Under the pieces are notes generated by a model. It was given only the letters and a program-made list of their open reading frames with translations. It was not told the DNA's origin and made no database searches. 64,000 bases of DNA, taken from assembly GCF_964355755.1 (NCBI RefSeq), contig NC_092674.1, positions 7,130,001 to 7,194,000 of the forward strand. The letters run 5' to 3'. This document shows positions 14,201 through 29,200 of this stretch, in pieces. The first letter of the stretch is position 1. Each line of letters opens with the position of its first letter. The DNA comes from Antedon mediterranea. Lineage: Eukaryota > Animalia > Echinodermata. The position numbers were made by a program, and so were the translations under genes.

Positions 14201-17200
14201 CTCATATACCTCTAATCATTGTTCGAGAATTAAATGTTGACCATATTGTGAAAAGTGTGTTTATATACAGTATGTCAATATGGTCGGATAGAATCCACAT
14301 TCTTAGATTTGTCTTGCTTGCTCTTTCTTTTGTCAAAAGCCACTTATACAAAACACATACTCTATTATTCTAGGTATACCATAACACTACAAAACACATT
14401 TTAGGCGACTATATGCTTAATACATTACAGTACTAACATACAGTAGCCTACCAATACCATACAGTACTTTAGTTTTTTGAAGTAGCCCAACCTTAGTAAC
14501 TGCCAATCTTAAGGTCCCGTACTTTAACAACTAGATTTTTACTGGTGGTAGGGCTGCCAATAGTATATCACAGATTTTCAGTTACAATGATTGAACACAT
14601 ACTACCAATTGTTTTGGTATTATTGATGTTGAAATGTATTGTAAATATGGATACATTTGAAACAATATATCAAATATAAAACCATAGAAACGTGTGTTCA
14701 TTTAAATGTAGTTTAAAACCTTCTGCATACAATTTCCTGTCATTTCCATTACCACTAATGCCTAAACTAAAGCCAGTTCAAATTTAGTTACAAAATCCTT
14801 CCGGTCATTTCTATACAGAAAAATAGCAGAAATTTGTATTGTAACAAACATTTAGCAAAAAGTGGTGAGTCTATTTTGGGCATATCTTACCTGGATAAAC
14901 CGACAAAATCCCGTGGTCTCCAGAGGGAGGGCTTAGATATAAAAAATGAAATTTGAATTTAGACACCATTTTTTTTTTTTTTTTTTTTGTTACTCTTCTT
15001 CTATCCGGACACTATTGAGTAAAAAGTGCGATTTATAAAGTACTACTCCTCCCTTATTCGTTGTAGTATTGAGCAGGGATTTGGCATGAATATACTACAG
15101 GGACATGTCCTCAAAGCTACATAGAGCGGGATCTTTTTATTTCAAACCGGATGCAGCCACGTCTCGAAGATGGTACCGTATAGCCGTATTTGGTAGCGAG
15201 GTTATTGATGTGTATGTGACGTTACACCCGGTCTTATGACGTCATTACAGCTTCTTTTGCTGTACCCCGAGTATTGCACATTCGTGCTTGTTTATAATAT
15301 AGATATTAGAAAATAATGAATTAACTGCTTTGTGTTAATATTCAATCAATTTTGACAAGCTTATAATTTTGACAAGAATAAGCTATACAATCAATATTTA
15401 TAGAAAGTGTTTTTTTACCATTTGACACAATAAGTCAATTATTGATTTTCACCACGTTATCTAATATGACGTTCATTGAATACTTATCAATTGGCTCTAT
15501 TTGCACTAATAATAATATTATTATTAAATATTATGAATAATAATTATATTTGTTGTATTGATAATAAACAATCATCTTGTAGCAGGTGTTTATGTTTTAT
15601 ATGAGGATAAATGATGTAAACAAAAACTATCTCGAAAAGAAATGATGATGGTGGTTTGTTGGGATGTTCCCACTTGAGGGCAGGGTTCATGGAATGTACC
15701 ATTATCTGACAGGGGTGTTTCAACATTTTTTTATATATATATTCGAGTTGTAGCTATCTTCTCGGCGAGAATAGGCCAATGTTGGTTTATCCAGGTAAGC
15801 TAGCACTTATAGAATACTAAGCCACTTTTGGTGTGTTTAATCAAATACAGTTCTGATGAAAAGATTGGTTCCCTATGACTTTAAATATTGGGAGTTGTTT
15901 TTGGAAAAAAGTACTATACAGTAGTATAGCTTAGTATTCTATAAGTGCTAGCTTACCTGGATAAACCAACATTAGCCTCTCTCTCCGACGAGATGTAAAC
16001 ATTACGAAAAGAAGAACATTAACTTTTTCACACCCTCCGAAGGTGCTAAGAGAAGGAATCTAGGCTTTAGTGGCACAGACTAACTAGTACCAGGGTAATA
16101 TTCTTAGTACATTGTGTACAGTATATTGATTGTATTTCAAATGTTTTGTTATTCTCTTTTTCAGTTGGATTTGGTGTATGTTAAATCACAAGCTGATGAG
16201 ATTAAAGAAGCGTAAGTACAGTACATAAAGCTCTATCTGTACTATCAAACTAGTTTGACATAAAAGTGTGATGTGCCCAAATATGGTAGTGATTTGACAT
16301 CATCGTATCCATGGGTACATCACTTTTTTGTTACATAAAGTTTGATAGTGTAGACAGAGCTTTTGCTATTATGTATATTTTTATTTTACAGTTGCTTTAA
16401 AAAAAGTTAAAATATTTTTTAAAATCATTTTACTACAGTAGAACCCCTCCTTTGGGACAGCCCTATTACGCGGGGACAGCCCTATTACGCGGGGACAGCC
16501 CTATTACGCGGGGACAGCCCTATTACGCGGGGACAGCCCTATTACGCGGGGACAGCCCTATTACGCGGGGACAGCCCTATTACGCGGGGACAGCCCTATT
16601 ACGCGGGGACAGCCCTATTACGCGGGGACAGCCCTATTACGCGGGGACAGCCCTATTACGCGGGGACAGCCCTATTACGCGGGGACAGCCCTATTACGCG
16701 GGGACAGCCCTATTACGCGGGGACAGCCCTATTACGCGGGGACAGCCCTATTACGCGGGGACAGCCCTATTACGCGGGGACAGCCCTATTACGCGGGGAC
16801 AGCCCTATTACGCGGGGACAGCCCTATTACGCGGGGACAGCCCTATTACGCGGGGACAGCCCTATTACGCGGGGACAGCCCTATTACGCGGGGACAGCCC
16901 TATCATTCCGATGAAACTAGCAAGTAACAATGTTTAAACATTACAGTATGCCCAACCCAGAGGACATCTCTATATAAGGGGACACTGTTTTGAGTCTGCA
17001 GTATGCCCAACCCAGAGGACATCTCTATTATTATAAGGGGACACTGTTTTGAGTGTGCAGTATGCCCAACCCACAGGACATCTCTATAAGAGGACACTGT
17101 TTTGAGTCTGCAAGTGGTACCTGTAATGGTGTTTCTACTGTATAAAGAATAATAATAATATACTTTGTTTAGTTGAGTGTATTCAAAATTTAACTATAAA

Positions 17201-20200
17201 TAATAAACTATGTTACTAAGTATACTACTAGTATGTTAAACTGTGTTACTTAAAAAAAATAATTAAAATTTCAGTTAGTCTGTTGTAACTGTCTGTGTAA
17301 GTTAAATTTTTAACTTATTAAATTGAATTTATAAATTGTGATGGGAGGTACTGCATTAAAACATCTGAAGCATTAATAATTTCATTGTGAAGTGTAACCT
17401 GTATATTAACCTGTGTTAATACTTTAATCCGTGAATGCCACGTGTAAACCCGCTGCTTGTACTGTATACCATTCAATCTTTTAAAATGATACGTTTATAT
17501 TTTGGTATGCATAGCATACAATGTACATGGAACAAAATAGATGTTTATCTTTTGACACTCTTTTAAAATACTTCTTGATATTTTTTGTATTTTTAACTCG
17601 CAAAAATTTCCTTTTTAAAAAATTTGATTTTAATTTAGTGATAAGTGATAACATTATCAAAACTACAATGACGTAACATAACACAATTTGCTATATAAAT
17701 TAATATAATATTGTTATTACAAGAAAAAATGAAAATAAGAGTCAAGTCGATTTGGAATTAATAAAATAAGTTGAAATATGCGTTTGACTTGTTTTGTTTT
17801 TTTTTTCAGATTTCCAACAGAAGTTGAGAGTGGTTTATTAGAGGTTATATCACCACCTGCATCATATTACCCCGATTTAGATAATTTAAAAGAAACATTT
17901 GGTGATTCAAAAGAAAGAGTAAAGTAAGTATTCTAACTTGAATGTTGAGACGCAAGGAAACTAGGGAAATGAACATTAGGCCTTCTAAAGTGACCCATGA
18001 CATGCATACTAAACTACCAACTGTTACCTTCACTACACTACAGTATTATATATGACCAAGTGTACTCCCATGCTCGAGTGTAATCCCACCCTAGTATAAT
18101 CCCATGCTCAAATGTAATCCCATCCCAGTATAATTCCGTGCTTGAGTGTAATCCCATGCTCAAGTGTAATCCCACTCCAGTATAATATCATGCTTGAGTG
18201 TAATCCCATGCTCAAGTGTAATCCCATGCTCAAGTGTAATCCCACACCAGTGTAATCCCACACCAGTGTAATCCCATGCTCGAGTGTAATCCTATGCTCA
18301 AGTGTAATCCCACACCAGTGTAATCCCATGCTCGAGTGTAATCACACTCCTGTATAATCCCCATGCTTGAGTATAATTCCATTCCAGTTTAATCCCATGC
18401 TTGAGTGTAATCCCATGCTCAAGTGTAATCCCATGCTCAAGTGTAATCCCATGCTCAAGTGTAATCCCACCCCAGTATAATCCCATGCTTTGGTGTAATC
18501 CCACCCCAGTATAATCCCACCCCGAATTGAGGCTTATTTCTAACAATTATAACATGAAAATTTGTTGTAGCACCACTTTTTTTAAAAAGCGACTTATAAA
18601 AGTTCCGCTTTACCATCGACTAGAACTATAATCAATTATATAAGTTGGTAGTTGTTGTTGTTGCTTAATTGTAGGCCTACTATATTCTTGAACATCTGAA
18701 GAAAATGAAATTGATAGAATCTGGCCTAAAAGACATTGCACCCATCATGCAGTGATTGTCTTGTCCAGCAGCGAGGGGTTTACCTTGCAAGAAAGAAGGC
18801 CCTCTCCACCTAAACATACTAGTTTTAAAAAAGAGTTAAAGACACCTTCCCTACGTTTTTTAGATCTAATTTAAGATCACAAACTATATTTAATGTAAAA
18901 ATAATACTATATGGTCCTATTGCGATAACTGTTTTCGTCTTTAAATGGTTAAAAATGTGAAAAATAAGTCGAATCTAATAATTTTAGCGGCCCGCTATAA
19001 ATCCCAAAATGCATTGCGCGCGGATTGATATTTTTGTTTTTCTTCTGTAATTCACCCACTTTTCGATCGATCGTGAGGCCAAAACAAATGGAAGACTCCT
19101 AACTTTTGAGCGAAAATACTCAATTTGTATCAACGGAGTCTCGCAAAAATAGAAAGACAATCAATGCAACAACTATACAACGTCAGGCTAGTTATATATA
19201 GCTAGCGTATGATGTTCGTACGTTACCGATGTTTACCAGCTTGGCCTACAAAACTAAGCCTACCTAGGCTAGGCCTAAAGACCGTTCACGAGAAGTCAAT
19301 CGACGCGAGCTACTTAGGTAGTGCATTTTTTCTCACTTTTTATCATAATTTACCACAAAACGTACATTTAAGACAAGGAATGACCTGGTTTAATGTTTTT
19401 AAAGTAATATATATTGTATTATTTTAACAAAACGTCACAAATTGTAGGGAAGGTGTCTTTAACTATAACTATATTTAATTTACTAATTAAACAATTTTGC
19501 ATAATGTTATTATGCAAAATGCTATTATCTATACATACTATAAACAGGTCCTATCCTGTACATTAATATGATGCAAAAAATATGTTTGTAGATCAAGAAT
19601 GTCTGTCAGTTGAACTTTTCTTCAAATGGGTCATTAAGTAACTAATCTATTTTTAACACAGGTAATTACAACAGATAATGACTTTATACTTAAATGTGTT
19701 TATACTTACGTACTTTAATGGAATGATGATGAAAGGGAGGTTTAGAAGTTTAAATGTTTAAAATAATGACAAAGTCACCAAGACTGTCTGTCAAATTGGA
19801 TGATTATGCTAATTGACAAATGAACTAAATAGTGGTGAACTTTTACATGATAAGATGTAGCTATATTTGGATGATGATGATGTCAATAACCTCATGTGAA
19901 CATATGCATAGTTTAACAATGATAAATGATATTTTACACAAAACTAGCTTTTATTTCAGATTTCTGTGGCCCTGTTCAGACCCATGGCGTTAGACCGTTT
20001 TAGCGTACGACGCTAAAAGAATGTGTGTCTGAACAGTTGGGGATTAGCGTACAACGCGTCGTACAACGGTTGTAGCGTTGTAGTGGAAAACGGTTGATAG
20101 TACCGTTTTAGCGTACGACGCTACTGTAAGTCAACGTTGTATCCAATCAGAACGTTTCCTGTTATGACGCGAAACAAGGTTTGACCTAGGCTGACATCTT

Positions 20201-23200
20201 GTATCGTCAATGTGTGAGATGGATTTCAATAACAAAAAGGCCAGAATAAATAAGGCCTAACTACACTACAAATACAACTGTTACAAAGGCTACAAACTAT
20301 TATCAACTGATTACCATTATATTTTCTAACAAATGACATAAATACATGCACCTTGTATTTAAACATAGGGACTACGATCCCATCCGCTTTTAGGCCTAGC
20401 TAGGCCTAAAGCCATTCACGCATTTCATTCAAGCTAAAAACTAGCGTGGGACATCAAGTCACTCATTCATCAAGGCAGACTAGACTGGACAAGTTTAATG
20501 CTGAAAACCCCCTAACTCCTAAAAAAATCAGTAAACAAACAAGGGGAGCTGTGTCCCTTTTATTAAGGGTTATTTTCAACCGACTGAACTAAAGAATATA
20601 TTATATCTTTGACTGGACTGGATAGACTAATCACAATCATTGTTTTCTTCATCATTACGAGCCCTGCTTTATTTTCGTAACACAAGAGCCTGGGGAAAAT
20701 GTTTTTTACTACAAAATAAAAACAATAGAAACAGAAATTTGGCTTTACTATATTTTTTTCTTAAATAAATGCTGAGGTATGTTTTATTTACGGCAAATTT
20801 TGTCATAATTGTAGGGCTGCGATCTAGGCCTATATACAGTGGAAATAATGATGAAAACACGTGGGTAAGAGCACATGAATATGCAACTAGAAACAACCTG
20901 GATGACGTACTTCCGTTGTAACGATAATCGTACGCTATGGGTCTGAACACCTCGTTTTTTTCTCTGCGGTTTGTAACGTGACCTTGATAGTAACGTTGTA
21001 CGCTAAAACGGTCTAACGCCATGGGTCTGAACAGGGCCTGTGTATACAGTACACTTAACCCTTCTAGGAATTAAACAAATAGATAATAATTCATTTAATG
21101 TGCATGTTTCATTCGCACAACATATGGCTTACATCTACAGAATATTAGAAGTTTAAAGACGATCTTAGATGTTTTGTACAGTAGGTCATGCGTTGAAAAC
21201 TTAATAATTATGCTTAGGCCTACAGTACCCTTTGGTCTATTCATAGTTTTACCTTGATAACCAACATTGGCCCACATATTGTCCCAACAAACGTTATACT
21301 GTTATACCGTACTATAGGGTTGTATTGGGGGTTGTTGCTTCCATTTGTGGACAGGGTTATCTGGGAGGTTTTTAATAAGTTTAAGCTGAGCAAAATAGAC
21401 CATTTTTATCCCTTATAAGTGGCGATCCTAGAATACTAAAACCATTTCTGGTTTGTGAAATTTTCCTTTTATAATATTAAGTTATATCCTGTTTTCTATT
21501 ATACTGTTTCCTTTTTGAGATAATACCATATGAAATATACCATAATAGGCCTAATAGTAATACCACATTTAGAAAGAAATACATTAAAATTTATTTGTAT
21601 TTATATAACATTATTACTAGCTTTGTTTCTTGTTATAATCTTATTATTAAAGAAAAACTGAAAATATGTAAAAAGTTCAATTATAGAACAAATATTGATA
21701 ATTAATGGTTTTGTAAAAAGTTTAATAATATATATCATCTACTGTACATTATCGTCAATTTCTTTATTTTCTTTTTGTGTAGATGGAGAACGAAACAAAA
21801 TCTAGACTTCTCTTTTTTAATGATGTATTGTCAACCAAAAGCTACATATTATGTTCAGGTAAGTTTAATGACGTAGGAACATGGTTTTTATAGTGATTGC
21901 TTTTTACTACAGTCTTGGTTCAAATCTTAGCGGGCGCTGTAGAAAATACAGTAACTAAACGACGTTCCTCCAAGAGAGTGTCTTGTGAGTCATCACGGTG
22001 GACATGCACACTAAACGTTTTCAAAGCTCTGTCTACACTATCAAACTTTATGTGACAAAAAAATGTAATGTGCTCATATATGGACATAATGATGTCATAT
22101 CTCTACCATCTTTGGTCATATCTCTACCATTTTTGGGCATATCACTACCATATTTGTCAAACTAGGCAGAGCTTAGGAACAGAAAATAACAAAAACAAAT
22201 TTAAGATGTTGTCCTCTTGATGATCAGGATTTTATTTTGTATCTGTTTCCATTCGAACTATTAACCTCTCTGTTAAGCTTTGTCTACACTATCAAACTAG
22301 TTTGACAAATATGGTAGTGATATGCCCAAACATGGTAGTGATATGACGTCATCATGTCATGATTTTGTATCTGTTTCTACTCAAACTATTACCTGTCTGT
22401 TACTCCCATTAGATTTACCAGGAAATACATTGTCACTCATTCATGCATACAAATGTAGTGAAAACAGGTGTTAAAATAAAAATGTCCTCCTTTTTTCCCT
22501 GTACATTAGCTGTGTTCACACATGCACTATAGTTATGCATACATAGAACATAGTTTGACATAAGTGCTTGTGTGAACAGTTCACTCTCTTAAGGCCAATT
22601 TAGACAGATGAGCGGTAACAAAAATATAGAATCTGTTATTTGGGAAGTTTCCGCTCAGGATAGATACAAATTTTACGTGGGACAAGTTACAGAGTTTTAG
22701 TTACCGCTTGTCTGTGTAAATTGGCCTTTATACGTCCAGTGGCCATATTCACCAATCACACTTAAGTCAGATATTTCCCTTTCAAGAATTTCACTCAAAT
22801 TCAATAAATATTAAGTATTTCCCTTAAATTACATTCACTTAGATAGGAGATTTTTTTCAATTTAAGGGTGTTTCCCTAAGCCTAAGTGTGAATACGGCCA
22901 CTGGTCGTTGATTCTTATGTCCCGATATAATGGTTTCAGAGGTATTATGTAACATGTTTGGATGAAGAACAAATGAAAGTTTGAATGTGTTTACTCTATT
23001 AGAGAAAAGAGCGTGTAGAAAAAATATACATATGAACCCTTCTATTCTATACATTTTATGTGATAGAACTGGAGGCTAAAACCTACTCAGTATCAAGAAC
23101 TACTGTAGTATTAATAGCTTGTCTGATATCCACTGTACATTTAAAACAAAAGAGATATGCATAAATTCATTTTGCGCTGTGAGACTCCAGTAAAGAGCGC

Positions 23201-26200
23201 TTTATAAATGTTTGATTTTATTATGCGAGTACTATTCTGTCTGAACAGCAAAGACTCGAACCTACTACCTTGGGATTGATTACTTAATGTTCCATAAAAA
23301 GACATGTTGCAATTTGCTTCTGTAGACCCTAAAGGTGGTTTTCATTGCTGGCATAAGAAACTCATTACTGTTCCGCTTGATTAACTATTGATTTAAGTAA
23401 CTTGTGAACCTATTTTGTCTACTTAGCATAACATGTGACTAATTCCTATCCTATGAATAATTCATGATGCTAATCAAAATACTATTCCACTTCAGTAAAC
23501 TTATGATCCTATTTCATTTACTTTTCTGTAAAATGTGCCTTTCATTCATGAATAATTTATGAACGTCAACTGAATTCCGATTCGCTTCAGTGGTTATCGA
23601 TTAAAGTTGACCGATTATACTGTAACAACATATTTCTCTCTTTATTTTGTTGTAGAAGTGTCAAATGTTGTTGTTGTTGTTGAATATTTCATTTTCTCAT
23701 TAGATAAGATTAGAAATTTACAATCCACTGTATATAAATTTTAATCAAAAATTCTTTGATTAAGACAACTGTCAATTTTCCAAATGAATACAGGAGATTC
23801 TTGTTAACTAACGACTACTAAATGCTTTGTGACCTTTAAATATAGCATCCAACGAAAATTATTACTTTGTATCTTCGGACTATAAAATTGTTTTTCATTA
23901 TCTCGTATTAATGCGAGGGATTTCAAAATATTCTTGTATAATTGAAACAAAACAAATTGTTTAATTACTAATAGTCCAATAGCAAAGCTAAAACAGCATG
24001 AATTTTACTCGTTTTATGGATGATATATTACTCATGATAAATATGAATATTAAAGATATGATAATAATGATTATATTTAAATTCAGGGGAAAAGCATGTA
24101 GTTAAAAAGTAACATCAAAGTCCACAGCGTCATGAGCAATGATCGTTAGAATGGGACTATAGAAACCGATATTATCATTATCAATGACGATGATGATGGT
24201 TGTGAATTTAAAGATTGTAAGGAGTTTAAAATAAATGTAACGTTGAATTGTACATATTATTAAATTATTAATTTCTTTTCCAATATTACCCCTTTCTGCA
24301 GTCACCTACTTTACTAGTGCAATATTTTATTTCGCAGCTTGAAGATGACATCATCGCCAAGCCAGGCTACATCACCACAATGAAGAACTTTGCCCAGCAG
24401 CAGAAGTCTGACGATTGGGTATTATTAGAATTCTCGTCTTTGGGCTTTATAGGTAAATCATGTTTCAACTTGGAATTGAATCTATGTATATGGAATTGAA
24501 TATTTATTATGATATCAATATTTATTTCTCTCTGGCAGCGAGATTATGAAATTGAATGAAACTGATCCTGACTATTGAAAATTATAGTCAACTTAATGTT
24601 GTGTATATATATTATTACTAATTTATGTCATTATGTAATACAGTAAAGTCAAGGGTTTATTTGTACAGCTCATTTGGGCCACCCCTATTAAGGGGATACT
24701 CTCCTTTGAAAATAGCAAGAGATAATATGTTTTAACACTACGGCCAAGGGACACTCACTATTCTCTGAAACGAACATGGGTAATATGGGTAGTATATGTT
24801 TCAAAACTATACATACAGCTCCACAAAGAAATATTTACATAAGTCTATTTAAAAAATTCAATTTTAGTATTCTTTAACCAGCATTTTTGACAATTTCCTA
24901 CAAAATAATTTTATTTGTCTAGACTCACAGTATATACATATTTACATGACAAATAATATCGTAATAAACATTTACAATTGAATTATAATATAAACATGAA
25001 CATTTTAACATTTTGGAAACCATATTTAAATTTGAAAATGATCATAGTAAAATGAAATACAAAGAATACAGGAAACACTAACTAATTAAAATTAGAACAA
25101 ATTATTTAAAATATTTATATAACATTTCTTATTATCAGATTTCATTTTTAATGTAATGAAGTAAATGGTAAAAACTATTTAATCTTAATAATATTATGTA
25201 AATCTGAAATATTACGATATAGTTTGCTTTTGGTAATGTTACTGTATTTATCAATGGCTGACCCAAAAGACCAAGATGTAGTAGATTAACCTTTCAACCA
25301 AACAGATTACCTTATTGCATGAAAGTCACCTTTGACCTATTTACTACCTTATTGCATGAAAGTCACCTTTGACCTCTTTACCACACCACATTTTTAGATA
25401 TTAATCTAAAATATGCTTTGTGTCTTGGTTTTTCTTATTACTAACATTTATTTTGATGCATTTATGTTTGTTTATAGGTAAATTATTCAAAAGCAGTGAT
25501 TTGGGCTTGGTGGTGGAGTTCTTCCTGATGTTTCACAAAGAGAAACCAATAGACTGGCTTCTAGATCATATACTGTATGTGAAAGTTTGCAATCCAGAAA
25601 AGGATAACGTAAGTCATGCATTAAAGTAGAATTGATTATCATACCATCTCCAGATTATTCCAGCATTCCCCACATTGGTTTAGGAGTCTCCACATTGGTT
25701 TAGGAGTTTCCACATTGCTTCAGGAGTCTCCACATTGCTTCAGGAGTCTCCACATTTGTTTAGAAGTCTCCACATTGGTTTAGGAGCATCCACATTGGTT
25801 TAGGAGTATCCACATTGCTTCAGGAGTCTCCACATTGCTTCAGCAGCCTCCACATTGGCTCAGGAGTCTCTACATTGGTTTAGGAGTCTTTCTATTGGTT
25901 TAGGAGTCTCCACATTAGTTCAGGAGTCTCCACATTGATTCAGTAATCTCCACATTGCTTCAGGAGTCTCCACATTGCTTCAGCAGCCTCCACATTGGCT
26001 CAGGAGTCTCTACATTGGTTTAGGAGTCTTTCTATTGGTTTAGGAGTCTCCACATTAGTTCAGGAGTCTCCACATTAGTTCAGTAGTCTCCACATTGATT
26101 CAGTAATCTCCACGTTGGTTCAGTAGTCTCCACATTGGTTCAGCAGTCTCTGCATTGGTTCAGGAGTCTCTGCATTGGTTCAGGAGTCTCCACGTTGGTT

Positions 26201-29200
26201 TAGGAGTCTCCACGTCGGTTAAGAAATCTCCACGTCGGTTAAGAAATCTCCACGTTGGTTAAGGAGTCTCCACGTTGGTTAAGGAGTCTCCACGTTGGTT
26301 AAGGAGTCTCCACGTTGGTTTAGGAGTCTCCACATTGCTTCAGAAGTCTCCACATTGCTTCTGGAAACTCCACATTGGTTCCGGAAGCTCCACATCGCTT
26401 CATTGGTTTAGGAGTCTTCAGATTGGTTTAGCAGCTTCCGCATTGCTTCAGGCATCTCCTCATTAATTCTCAAAATGGTAAATAAAATATGAGAATTAAG
26501 TTTTTGAGATTAAAGGACATAATGAATGATGGTATTGATTGTAGGTATCTTTAGATAAAAGATGAGATGACCCAGCTGTAGCAATCAAACATATGGTTTT
26601 AGGTGTGAGAGAGAAGGCCTAAGTTAATGCTTTGGTAAAGCTGTTTACTTTCATTGTCTTCTAGTGTATATCAAGAAAAAATGTGAAAAAAACAAATCTA
26701 AAACAATTCCTCTATTATAAAGGAAATGACTGGAGTTTCCTAAATATGAACTTTTTTTTATTGAAGAGCACCACTTGAAAATGTCTTAATAATTATTTAA
26801 TAATATTGGGAATTTCCATAATAATTCTAGAGGAAATCACTTAATGCGTTGTTAAAAAAAACGTTCTTTTGTATAATAGATTTTATTCTTGACTTTTATT
26901 AAATAATTTTGTATATATTTTTAACTGTAGCCTTTCACAACTTAAATGTACTATACTATCATATAAATGTATCTTTGTGTTTTTATATTATATGTATTTT
27001 ATGATCAACCTGTTATTGGTGCCTTGCACTGTTGGTTGAAGAATAAAGAATACATTTTGATTAAGCCAATACATGTTTACACTGTACTGGACATGTGACA
27101 CATACTGTACATGTATGTTTTTTGTTTATTCTAGAATGAAAATACCTTAAAGTAAAATGGATTAGTCAACCCTTTGTAGAATAATTATGGAACAACTCAT
27201 AATCATTTGTTTGGATAGATTAGTTCATTGGACAGATTTATTGCAAAGTCTTATTAATTTATGACAGACAAGCTTAGAAAATCTCAGTAATCTATGATTA
27301 ACTTTTAATTTCATTTCAATTATTACACCAATTACTTTTGAACTTTAGGACAATTTACTCTTGCCTAATATGTTAATACTGGATAATCCTATGCATACAT
27401 TTCATAAATATTAGAATGTCATATTCATTTAGACCGTTCTATTCTTCTTCTGGGGGTTTATGGATATTCTCATTGACAATGACAGGATTTTTTTTTAGGA
27501 AATATCATGTGCGTGGGAACTGGTTGCATATTTTAACAGCTTGTATGAAAATCTGCAAATTATGATTTTGAAATAAAAAGATCAGAAGTATTTTGTTCCC
27601 GTAAATTATCTTTGAATTGTAAACCTGATGTTGAATTTCCTATTCAGTCAAATTATTATTGTATGTGTTACCACATGTTGCCGACAATATACCAACTACT
27701 TGCAATGAAAATTATTGTGCAACCAGCATAATGTCAATACACTAAACATACAATAACAAAAACAATATAAAAACATCCATGTGACTCAAAAACACTTTGA
27801 AGCTGGTTCCCACCTAGACATAATAGTCCAGATCCCTATGTAACAAAAAGTGCCTTCGTGTGCAGATCATGGGGAAAGTGTAAACATTATGTTTTATGAA
27901 TATTTGAATCATGCTGGTTATAAAAACCCATGTTGTCAAATTTCTAAAATTCATCTTTGACCTCTGACCTCAATTTGAATGTTTTGACCCATTGAAAACA
28001 AAATGGTCATATCTTTGTAACGCTTAGATTAAATTAAATAATGCAAGAATTGAGAGGCTTGGTGGTTATGATGCTTGGCTACACTCCAAGGATCCTGGGT
28101 TCAAGTCCTGTCACATGTTTTTTCTATAGACAAAATTACAACTCCACTCCCAAAGACTTGTAATAAGACTTTGTTTGTGTAGAGCATCTTGTGTATATGT
28201 TTGTCTTGTGAACCTCTGAGAGTCCCTAATGATCAGCAATTGCTGGATGAATGGATCACCCTCATTAAATATGGTCCAAAAAAAAGAATGTAACAGAAGT
28301 GATTTGACAAATCACATGACCGTGCGGATGATCTGTCCCTTGTGATCAACCGGATTTAATTATTTAAATTTTTATGTCGATTGAGGCTGTTTAATAAGTT
28401 ACACAATATTTTATTCAATTCAATTTTGTTACAATACAATACAATGAGAATTGTAATGTTACAAAATACAATTCCTGTTGTGAAAATGTGAAAATTTATT
28501 TGTAAATTCAAAGACGTCATTAAATAATATTATTCAAATAAATCTACCATGACAAAACTATTCAACCAATGATTATTACTCCAGACAGACTAAGCGTTGT
28601 TTAAGTCTCTGTGTGAAGACTCGATCGCAATTCTAATACATTGACTCAATGATGTTTTGCCAGTTTTAATTTCAGCTAGAAGTAGTTTTAATATTTTATG
28701 TATGCTATAGTAAATCCTGATTTATTACAAGTCTAAATTTAGTTCCCTTTTTACAAATTCTTTGTAGATGAACAATTTCTAAACTGATTTACGATTATGT
28801 CTTATCTGGCTTTTAGTCGTCTCGGAGGGGTTTTTTTTCAGTATCATCAATGAACAAATGAGTGTAGCAATAAGTGTAGTTGAGTTTTGTTTTGCTGCAA
28901 TTATTTGCAAGATTTTTTAACTACAGACTTATTTAACTACAGTCACATGCTTATTTAAACTACAGGTGCCTTTTCAACTATAGACCTTATTCAACTACAG
29001 TGCTTATTTGACTAATAATATTCAACTACCTTTACTACAGTTACAGTGCGTGGTTGAATGTTGTGCTTATTTGAATAATACAGCGCTTATTCAACTACAG
29101 TGTTTATTCAACTATATCACTTATTCATCTTCATCACTTATTTAACTAAATCACTTATTCAACTAAATCACTTATTCAACCATCAGTGCTTGTTTGACTG

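Larger units (their letters stand above)
16436..17140. mobile_element. Tigger-like MITE inflated by internal tandem repeats
   Basis: ta|CAGTAGAAC...TTTCTACTG|ta. Relatives without the array start at ~55109 and at ~63453-63667. Confidence 0.75.

Noticed and set aside
16452-16937. 161-aa repetitive ORF, or a CRISPR-like array
   Set aside because: The ORF is the translation of a 19-bp tandem repeat. There are no unique spacers or cas genes, and the context is a eukaryotic intron.
28056-28135. tRNA gene
   Set aside because: It has no complete cloverleaf and continues into a shared body with an A tail, so it is a SINE head.
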